A DNA stretch of 12,457 nt from Candidatus Methylomirabilia bacterium (GTDB lineage: Bacteria; Methylomirabilota; Methylomirabilia; Rokubacteriales; CSP1-6), in NCBI GenBank assembly GCA_046758965.1, contig JBHIBG010000083.1, positions 1 through 12,457 of the forward strand, in the 5' to 3' direction. The notes beneath the pieces were generated by a model. The model was not told the DNA's origin. It was given only the letters and a program-made list of their open reading frames with translations, and did not search any database. A program made the position numbers and the translations under genes. Every line of letters begins with the position of its first letter. Positions within the stretch are counted from its first letter, which is position 1. This document shows, in pieces, positions 1 through 6,371 of the stretch.

Positions 1-619
1 GGCGCATCAGGAGATCCCCCTCCACCTGTAAGGCATCCATATGCACCGGTCCAAGGAATCGGGAACCATCCAGAGAAACTGAGTGGAGGGATCTCAGTCT
101 GCTTATGGTCACACCCGATTCCCACCGGGAGTTGTGGACCAATACTGGACGAGCGAGCGTCGCGTCTGATAGGTCTAGAGCTTTTTCGAATCGAGCACCC
201 ACGATGCGTACGCCGGTGCGAGTCAACGCGCTGCGATAAGGCTCATGCAGAAGGATCGTCTCGAGAAATGCCGGTCGCAGGATCCGCTCTGACGGCCAGT
301 CTCTTGGCCTGCCCGGCTCGAGCGAGCCGCCGTACTGCGCAGCCAAGTTGGCGATTTTTCCTTCGCAAACCTGCTCCCAGACCCATCTCTCCTGCAGCCT
401 CCAGGTCGGGAGCGACGGGATCTGACAGCTTTCGCCCGGGAGCGCAGGTGATCCCCCCACCGGTTCTTCTACAGGATGTGGAGAGGCCGGTGTGACGGTC
501 GCAAACGAGAACAGGGCAGCGAGGAACAGGGGAGAGATTCGGCGAAGGGGCATGGCAGACACTACGTGTGGCCTTGCGTTACCCTCTGCTGATCGGCCGT
601 AGCGCTTATCGTCGAACAT
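1..619 (-). CDS. Exported beta-solenoid (pentapeptide-repeat-like) hypothetical protein; N-terminal part only, runs off the left edge
   Basis: Not in the ORF track; translated by hand. The frame has no stop from 793 to the window edge. ATG at 619 has GAGGAGG (631-625) 5 nt upstream; other in-frame ATGs are at 691 and 553. Translation: MFDDKRYGRSAEGNARPHVVSAMPLRRISPLFLAALFSFATVTPASPHPVEEP...CQIPSLPTWRLQERWVWEQVCEGKIANL...ILRPAFLETILLHEPYRSALTRTGVRIVGARFEKALDLSDATLARPVLVHNSRWESGVTISRLRSLHSVSLDGSRFLGPVHMDALQVEGDLLMR. It has a signal-peptide-like RR + hydrophobic stretch, then 11-residue periodic repeats. Confidence 0.8.
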   Translation of the reverse strand, partial: MFDDKRYGRSAEGNARPHVVSAMPLRRISPLFLAALFSFATVTPASPHPVEEPVGGSPALPGESCQIPSLPTWRLQERWVWEQVCEGKIANLAAQYGGSLEPGRPRDWPSERILRPAFLETILLHEPYRSALTRTGVRIVGARFEKALDLSDATLARPVLVHNSRWESGVTISRLRSLHSVSLDGSRFLGPVHMDALQVEGDLLMR

Positions 620-769
620 GCCAGCCTCCTCGCGGCGTTTCCCAGCTGCGCGACTCCTCTGAAGAAGTTCCTTGAAAGGGCCCTGGTCCATGTCGGACCG
701 GTTCTCACGCAAACGTGCTGGGACGTGACCAACCTCCTCGGGGTCGTTCGTCAAGCGTAGACACGATCT

Positions 770-845
770 GAGAAAGTATGCGGAATATATAGCCTATTAT
801 TCAGAATCGCATGCTGGGGCAGTAGATCCAAAATTTTCTATGGGG
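770..845 (-). promoter_or_regulatory. AT-rich patch, probable promoter region of the 1..619 gene
   Basis: Locally AT-rich sequence (minus: ...tagaaaattttgg...gaataataggctatatattccgcatacttt...) in a GC-rich background, with several -10-like hexamers (AATAAT, TATATT, CATACT). I found no convincing -35. Confidence 0.3.
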
Positions 846-933
846 GTTCGGAGGCGGCTGTGACTACGAGCGTCGGAGAACGTCCAGCCTATGGCTGCTC
901 AAGGGGTGCCCCGCGCCAGCCCCGTACCCGCCC

Positions 934-3828
934 TTACGGCTGGAGGACCCGCTCAATGGCTCGCCGGACCTGCTCCTGTCCAAAGGGCTTCCCCAGCCTC
1001 GGAACCCTCATCCTCTCCAGGAACTCGAGGGTCTCCGGGCCCAGCTCATCCCCCGTGATAAAGATGATCCGCTGGCGAAGCTCCGGGTGGGAGCGCTTCA
1101 GCTCACGGTAGAGGCCCGGCCCGTCCAGCTTCGGCATCCGGATGTCGCTCAGGATCACGTCGTAGGCCCGCTCCCGGAGCTTGTCCAGGGCCATGGCTCC
1201 GTCCGCGGCCGTCTCCACCTGATGGCCGTCGGCGGACAACATGGCCGCCAATACGTTCGCGAGCTCTAGCTCATCGTCCACCACCAGGATGGTCTTTCCC
1301 CGGGGGGGACCCGGCGCTTCGGCCGCGCCCGCTCCCGGCTCGGCCACGGGCGGCGCGACCACCGGCAGCTCGATCACGAAGATGGCGCCCCGCCCGGGGC
1401 TCTCCACCCGGATGGAGCCGCCGTGGCTCTCGACGAGCCCCTGGCAGAGGGAGAGCCCGAGCCCGGTCCCCTGCCCCGGAGGCTTGGTCGTGAAGAACGG
1501 ATCGAAGATCCGCGCCCGGATCTCGGGGGGAATTCCGGGGCCCGTGTCCGCCACCTCGAGCGAGACCCGCCCCCGCCCGGGGTCGACCCGGGTGGTGAGC
1601 GTGAGCTGGCGCGGCGGGGGGCTTCCGCGCATGGCCTGGTGGGCGTTCGAGATGAGATTGACCGCCACCTGCTGGAGTTGGTGGGGATCGGCCCAGAGGA
1701 GCGGCAGGTCCGTGGCCAGGTTCAGCGTCACCTCCACGTCGTCCACCCGAAGCTGGTAGGCGAGCAGCTCTACGGCTTCCTCGACGACCTGGTTGAGCTG
1801 CACCCGCTGACGCTCGGTCGGCTGCTGGCGCGCCAGGGCGAGGAAGTTCTTCACGATCCGGGCGCAGCGCAGCGTGGCCTGGGCGATCTTCTCCTCCAGC
1901 TCCGCGAGCGCCCCATTCCCACCAGCCTTTTGACCCAGGATCGTTGCGTGACCGAGGATCACCTGGAGGGGGTTGTTCAGCTCGTGCGCCACGCCTGCCA
2001 GCAGAGAGCCCATGGCAGCCAGCTTCTCGCTCTGGATGCGGGCTTCCCGCTGCCGCTGAAGCTCTTCTTCCACCTGCTTGCGCTCGGTCACGTCCTTCAT
2101 CACCCCCAGTGTCCCCACGGTCGCGCCGCTCGCGTCTCGGAGAAGCGAGACGGAGCTGTTGACCTCCACCCACCGGCCGTCGTTGGCCCGGAACGCCGTC
2201 TCGTAGCTCCGGAGTTGCCCCTGAGCCCTGAGCCGCCGCATCACCGCCCGCGCCTCCTCCAGGCCGGACCGGTAGTAGCTCGCGACGGGCTCCCCGAGGA
2301 CCTCCGCGGCCCGGTAGCCGAAGATCTGCTCGGCCCCCGGACTGAAGTAGGTCACCCGGCCGCGGACATCCGCCGTGATGATGGCGTCGGCCGAGTTCTC
2401 GGCGATGGACCGAAGGAACTCCCGGGAGCCCCTGGCCTCCTCGTAGAGGCGCGAGTTCTTCAGGGCGATAGCGGTCGTCCCCACCAGCATCTCCAGGAGC
2501 TCGATCTCGCCGGGGTTGAAGATCTCCCCGGACAACTTTTCGCCGAGGACCAGCACCCCCGAGAGCTCGCCATCCAAGAACAGAGGCACAAGAAGCGCGA
2601 CTCGATCGGCTTCCAGCTCAGTCACGACGGCTCGCGTCTGCGCGTCAGCGACCGCCTGGAAGGCGGTCTCCTCGACCACGATGGTCTTCCGCGTCAGCCG
2701 AAGCGACAGCGCAAGCCGGCGATCCACCCCGATATCGGCCGATGGGAGATCCAGAGCGTCAGAGAGCGTCCGGGAGAACGGAACGAAGCTCTCAGTCGCG
2801 GGATGGTAGAGCAGGAAACTCGCGTGGAGAACCGGAATGCGAGCCACGAGGCTTTCGGTCAGCGTCTGGCCGAGTTTCCGAATGTCCAGCATCGAGGTCA
2901 TCTCCTTGCTCAGGGCGACGAGAGCGCCCCGTACCGCATGCTGACGCTGGAACACCAGGCGGTCCAATCCGCTTTCCAGCTTGCGCACGAGAGGGAGGGT
3001 CACCGTGAGGCCCAGCAGCAGGATCATCGGGTATCGTATGTCCATGCCGGCCTGCAAGCTCGGCGTGACCTGATCGACCACGTAGAGGCCGAGGAGGAGA
3101 ACCGGAGCCAGCGTCGCCGAGGTCAGAAGGTAGAGGACAGCCCGCTTCGCCACGACCCCGAGATCGATCAGCCGGTAGCGAACGATGGCGACTCCCAGCG
3201 CCAAGGCGAAGAGCGTATTGGCAGGAATGCCGACGGGATAGATCCAGTCCCAGCCGAAGAGGAATCGGATGAAGTCCACGAGCCCGCCCAGGACGCTGAC
3301 GACCACCCCGACGATGACCACGAGCGTCCGGTTTCTCCTGAAACTCGACTTCAGGGCTCGATGGGCCCGGACCAACCACACCAGCCCCGCCACCAGGTAG
3401 GATTGAAAGTAGAGGAAGAACAGGGCGTAGAGCGGGCCCGCGGCTGGCGCGAATCCCCAGTACGTCTTGGTGACGTCCGGCATGAACGCCGCAGTAGGGC
3501 TCACGGCCGCGAAAAAGCCGCAGAGGAGGTAGCTGAGGAGCAACGACGGCCGTTGCCTCGGGAGATCGAGAAACGCGAGGACGTAATGGTAAAACAGTGC
3601 GGGGATTGCGATGACCCCGAGATGCAGGAAACGTTCCCAGGCGAGCGCGGTCGCAGGATCGTCGGTCCACCGGAGCCCGAACACACCGAGGTTCCAGACG
3701 GCGAGAGCCATGACGAGATAGGCGAAGACCCAGTCGCGTTGGCTCTTGCGGTCAAGGACCAACGTGCTGCCGAGGAGGAGGAGGTTGAGGCCCAGCGCGA
3801 AGAGCGGAACCAGCTTGTGGAGCACCAT
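934..3828 (-). CDS. Hybrid sensor histidine kinase: HisKA_7TM-like membrane domain - GAF - PAS - HisKA - HATPase_c - REC (964 aa)
   Basis: About 8-9 hydrophobic segments in the first ~280 aa (WNLG...F...WERF pattern). [21 protein letters not shown]...[26 protein letters not shown]...[11 protein letters not shown]...DVTERK. H-box [12 protein letters not shown]-box NLISNA, G1 DTGPG, F-box FDPFFTTK, G2 GTGLGL. Intact receiver: [25 protein letters not shown] lies 9 nt upstream of the ATG. Confidence 0.95.
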   Translation of the reverse strand: MVLHKLVPLFALGLNLLLLGSTLVLDRKSQRDWVFAYLVMALAVWNLGVFGLRWTDDPATALAWERFLHLGVIAIPALFYHYVLAFLDLPRQRPSLLLSYLLCGFFAAVSPTAAFMPDVTKTYWGFAPAAGPLYALFFLYFQSYLVAGLVWLVRAHRALKSSFRRNRTLVVIVGVVVSVLGGLVDFIRFLFGWDWIYPVGIPANTLFALALGVAIVRYRLIDLGVVAKRAVLYLLTSATLAPVLLLGLYVVDQVTPSLQAGMDIRYPMILLLGLTVTLPLVRKLESGLDRLVFQRQHAVRGALVALSKEMTSMLDIRKLGQTLTESLVARIPVLHASFLLYHPATESFVPFSRTLSDALDLPSADIGVDRRLALSLRLTRKTIVVEETAFQAVADAQTRAVVTELEADRVALLVPLFLDGELSGVLVLGEKLSGEIFNPGEIELLEMLVGTTAIALKNSRLYEEARGSREFLRSIAENSADAIITADVRGRVTYFSPGAEQIFGYRAAEVLGEPVASYYRSGLEEARAVMRRLRAQGQLRSYETAFRANDGRWVEVNSSVSLLRDASGATVGTLGVMKDVTERKQVEEELQRQREARIQSEKLAAMGSLLAGVAHELNNPLQVILGHATILGQKAGGNGALAELEEKIAQATLRCARIVKNFLALARQQPTERQRVQLNQVVEEAVELLAYQLRVDDVEVTLNLATDLPLLWADPHQLQQVAVNLISNAHQAMRGSPPPRQLTLTTRVDPGRGRVSLEVADTGPGIPPEIRARIFDPFFTTKPPGQGTGLGLSLCQGLVESHGGSIRVESPGRGAIFVIELPVVAPPVAEPGAGAAEAPGPPRGKTILVVDDELELANVLAAMLSADGHQVETAADGAMALDKLRERAYDVILSDIRMPKLDGPGLYRELKRSHPELRQRIIFITGDELGPETLEFLERMRVPRLGKPFGQEQVRRAIERVLQP

Positions 3829-3833
3829 CCCGG

Positions 3834-4802
3834 TCAGCTCCAGAACCCCATGTACGGGAACTCCTCCTGTTTCCGTTGCTCCAGCATTTCTTCCTCGAGG
3901 ATCGAAAAGATGAAGATGTCCCAGCTTTGTCCATCGTAGGCTTTCGCCTGTCGGAGGACGCCTTCCTGCTGGAACCCGTTGCGCTTCAGCGAATTGATGC
4001 TCAGGACGTTATACGCGTACACCTTGGCCTCTACGCGGCGAATGCCGAGCGCGTCCATGGCGTAGCCGAGGAGGAGGCGAGAGCCCTCGATTCCCCACCC
4101 TTTTCGGTGGGCCCGCAGATCAGCCACCGCGGTTTCCAGGAACGCGAACTGCTCAGCGAGGCGGATGTTGTACAGACGCACGAACCCCACCGGGGGCGTG
4201 TGAGGGGCGACCGGCTGCACCAGGAGGGTCAGCGAGGTGGGATCATTGAGGACCAAGGAGACAAAATCCGGGTGGTAGGGACCGAGATGCCGGCATCGAT
4301 AGAGGAGCTCGCTTCCCACCATCTGATCGAGGAGCGGATTGTCAGCCCACTGCTCGAAGAGAGCCAGTTCCTCCCATGCAGGCTGTCGCAGTCCGACCCG
4401 CACAGTGCGCGCCAGGAACGGCGTCGTCGCGTCGAGCCGGTCCGCATCCAGGGCGGTGGTCGAGAGCGCGGCCTCCGAGCCCGCTCCCGAGGCCAGAGGG
4501 AGCTCGTCCAAGAGCTGCCCCTGTAGCAGTGCACGGGAGATGACAGGGCTGGGAAGGACCGAGAGGTGGACGCCAACGAGGGCGGCTCGGCGCGCGCTCT
4601 GGAGCAGCGAGGCCAGACCCACGACGTCGGTCGCCTTCACGTCTTCGAGATTCAGGAAGAGCTGTCGGATCCCCGTCTCGAGATGCGCGCGAACGGTGCG
4701 GCAGAGGGAGGATGCCATCGCGGCGGTCAGGGGACCGTGGACGACCACCTCCGCAGCGGGCAGATCCCTTTCGATGCTCTGTGAGGACACGGCCTGGGGC
4801 AT
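3834..4802 (-). CDS. STAS domain - GNAT (RimJ/RimL/SpeG-like) acetyltransferase fusion (322 aa)
   Basis: Start moved from the track's 5045 to ATG 4802 (ccGGAGagcaacccATG). STAS-like N-terminus: VVVHGPLTAAMASSL...LFLNLEDVKATDVVGLASLL...PSPVISRAL...L. GNAT C-terminus: VGFVRLY, HRKGWGIEG (motif A), GIRRVEAKVYAYNVLSINSLKRNGFQQEGVLR. Confidence 0.85.
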   Translation of the reverse strand: MPQAVSSQSIERDLPAAEVVVHGPLTAAMASSLCRTVRAHLETGIRQLFLNLEDVKATDVVGLASLLQSARRAALVGVHLSVLPSPVISRALLQGQLLDELPLASGAGSEAALSTTALDADRLDATTPFLARTVRVGLRQPAWEELALFEQWADNPLLDQMVGSELLYRCRHLGPYHPDFVSLVLNDPTSLTLLVQPVAPHTPPVGFVRLYNIRLAEQFAFLETAVADLRAHRKGWGIEGSRLLLGYAMDALGIRRVEAKVYAYNVLSINSLKRNGFQQEGVLRQAKAYDGQSWDIFIFSILEEEMLEQRKQEEFPYMGFWS

Positions 4803-4844
4803 GGGTTGCTCTCCGGACAGAGATCGGGCGGGAACCGCGCCGGC

Positions 4845-4949
4845 GACAGCGGACCTCGAGGCCAGTAGCCGGAGCATTCGAGCGGTCCGTTTGGGGTTGC
4901 GGACCACGCCGCGACCTACCATTCTTGCCGCCTCCTCTCTCGCGCTCGG
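4845..4949 (-). pseudogene. Possible decayed LuxR-type HTH remnant, out of frame with the upstream receiver ORF
   Basis: The frame shifted by -1 from 4916..5419 reads PSAREEAARMVGRGVVRNPKRTARMLRLLASRSAV. This resembles the neighbouring regulator's LTQRERQIARLIGTGASNKEIADRLSITERTV and sits exactly where a NarL HTH would follow the receiver. By-eye alignment only. Confidence 0.4.
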
Positions 4950-5419
4950 ATTGCTCGGATCCCAACGCCTCGTCCCCGCCGCTCCCCGGCCGCGAGCCGG
5001 ATCAGCCGATCCAGTATTTTCGATACCATCCGCCGCGGCACCCAAGCGTCGCCGGCGTCGACTGCCCGGACAGCTTTAGGGAGGAAGGTGGGAATGGCGG
5101 CCTTGTCCAAGTAGCCCTGGGCGCCCCGGCTCAAGGCCTCGAGGATCAGGGCGTCAGAGGTGCGGGGAGTCGTGAGGAGGATGACCTTTGTACGAGGACT
5201 CCGAAGCCGGATCAGTGGCAGGGCGACCAGCGCGTCCAGACGGGGCCGACCGAAGTCGAGGAGCAGCACGCGGGGCCTGAGCCGGGCCACGGTGGCGAGG
5301 GCTTCCAGGCCGTTTCGGGTTACACCCACGACCCTGATCCCCCGCTCGGGATCCAGGAGGCGCCGGCAGAAGGCCAGCTCCCGAGCCCCCCCTGTGATCA
5401 CCACGCTGACGGGCGTCAT
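4916..5419 (-). CDS. NarL-type receiver-only protein (atypical receiver, no in-frame HTH; 167 aa)
   Basis: GIRVVG..NGLEAL..RPRVLLLD..SPRTKVILLT..EALSRGAQGYLDK..KAVRAVDAGDAWVPRRMVSKIL is a NarL/FixJ-type receiver. The acidic pair after beta-1 is missing (VVITGG). It ends in an Arg-rich tail. GGAGAGG lies just upstream of the ATG. Confidence 0.85.
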   Translation of the reverse strand: MTPVSVVITGGARELAFCRRLLDPERGIRVVGVTRNGLEALATVARLRPRVLLLDFGRPRLDALVALPLIRLRSPRTKVILLTTPRTSDALILEALSRGAQGYLDKAAIPTFLPKAVRAVDAGDAWVPRRMVSKILDRLIRLAAGERRGRGVGIRAIRARERRRQEW

Positions 5420-5449
5420 CGACCTCTCCAGTGCCGCATGCGAGCGTCT

Positions 5450-5478
5450 GTTGTATCAAGAACGCGCCCCCCCGTCTA
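5450..5478 (-). promoter_or_regulatory. Putative sigma-70-type promoter upstream of the receiver / STAS-GNAT / kinase genes
   Basis: Minus strand TAGACG-N17-TACAAC (4/6 match to each consensus hexamer), with an extended -10 TG (TGaTACAAC), ~30 nt upstream of ATG 5419. Confidence 0.35.
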
Positions 5479-5491
5479 TTGGACGTTGGTC

Positions 5492-6142
5492 CTAGTCCGA
5501 AAGTTCAACCTCAAAGGCAAAGATGGCCAGGTGAAGGCGGCTGGAAATGCCGAGTCTCTGGAAAATGTTGGTGAGGTGCGCCTTGACGGTCCTTTCGGTG
5601 ATGGAGAGTCGGTCAGCGATCTCCTTGTTGCTGGCCCCGGTGCCGATCAACCTGGCGATCTGGCGCTCCCGTTGGGTCAGGAGCCGGAGCCGTTCCTGGG
5701 CTTTCCCCGCGGGCTTGCCGTGGAGGGCGGCGAGCTCTTGGGTGAGGTAACGGATGACCTTCCGCCCAACCCAGATCTCCCCCTTCCGGACCAGGCTGAC
5801 CGCTTTGAGCAAGAGCGCGGACTCGGTCTTTCGGGAACAGTACCCGGCTGCTCCCTCCTTTAGACACCTCACGGCCTCCACATCGTCGGGAGAACTGACA
5901 AGGAGAATGGTGCGGGTCGTCGGGCTCAGGGTCCGGATCGTCTGGAGGCTGTCGAGGCCAGAGAATCCTTCCATCGGGAGGTCCAGGAGGAGGACGCGAG
6001 GGGTGAGCTTGGCGAGGGCATTCTCGACCCCTGCGCGGTCCTCGGCTTCGCGGATCCGCCCCACCTCGCGTCCCCGGCGAAGGCTCTGGGCCAGCCGTCT
6101 CCGCCACACGCTATCGGAGCTGGCGATCAGAAGATCAGCCAT
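5492..6142 (-). CDS. NarL/LuxR-family response regulator (REC + LuxR HTH; 216 aa)
   Basis: Start placed at ATG 6142 (GGGAG upstream) rather than 6172. Receiver: PRVLLLDLPM..GAAGY..KAVSLVRKGEIW. HTH: LTQRERQIARLIGTGASNKEIADRLSITERTVKAHLTNIFQRLGISSR. Confidence 0.93.
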   Translation of the reverse strand: MADLLIASSDSVWRRRLAQSLRRGREVGRIREAEDRAGVENALAKLTPRVLLLDLPMEGFSGLDSLQTIRTLSPTTRTILLVSSPDDVEAVRCLKEGAAGYCSRKTESALLLKAVSLVRKGEIWVGRKVIRYLTQELAALHGKPAGKAQERLRLLTQRERQIARLIGTGASNKEIADRLSITERTVKAHLTNIFQRLGISSRLHLAIFAFEVELSD

Positions 6143-6341
6143 CTCGGGCTCCCGCCGCCACCAGCATGCCAATCCTCATGTTACCTCCACCCCCGCTCTC
6201 GCTTGGGGCGCGGGCGTGAAGCAGCCTCTCCCCCTCGGCTGCCACTGTCCGGACGCCCGCTCGGGCCGTGGGAGAGGAGCGCCGCGCCCCGGAGCGTGGC
6301 GGGGCGAATGCCGACCGGGCGACTTCGAGTCGCGGGCCTCA

Positions 6342-6365
6342 GGCGGCTGCAAGCGGCGGCTGCAA
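6342..6365. repeat. Perfect 11-bp direct repeat GGCGGCTGCAA x2 (13-bp period)
   Basis: Copies at 6342-6352 and 6355-6365, just past the stop of the outer-membrane protein gene. Confidence 0.7.
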
Positions 6366-6371
6366 TCATGG

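Noticed and set aside
268..495. 75-aa plus-strand ORF
   Set aside because: Antisense to the better-supported minus-strand gene at 1..619.
885..912. Small hairpins after the kinase stop (CAGCC-TAT-GGCTG, GGGG-TG-CCCC) as an intrinsic terminator
   Set aside because: Stems are only 4-5 bp with no adjacent U-tract.
1423..3939. 838-aa plus-strand ORF, and other long plus-strand ORFs (5754..7139, 7254..8261, 8390..9460, 4712..5863)
   Set aside because: Antisense shadows of well-supported minus-strand genes, expected from GC-rich codon bias; no recognisable domains.
4803..5045. Track start 5045 for the STAS-GNAT protein
   Set aside because: Overlaps the receiver gene; ATG 4802 has a proper GGAG. 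The extension is kept only as a possible HTH remnant.
6157..6172. Second sigma-54-like motif TTGGCATGCTGGTGGC upstream of the LuxR-family gene
   Set aside because: GG-N10-GC spacing is correct, but the -12 is weak (TGGC) and the start site would fall ~3 nt before the ATG, excluding the GGGAG ribosome-binding site. No IHF site was seen nearby.
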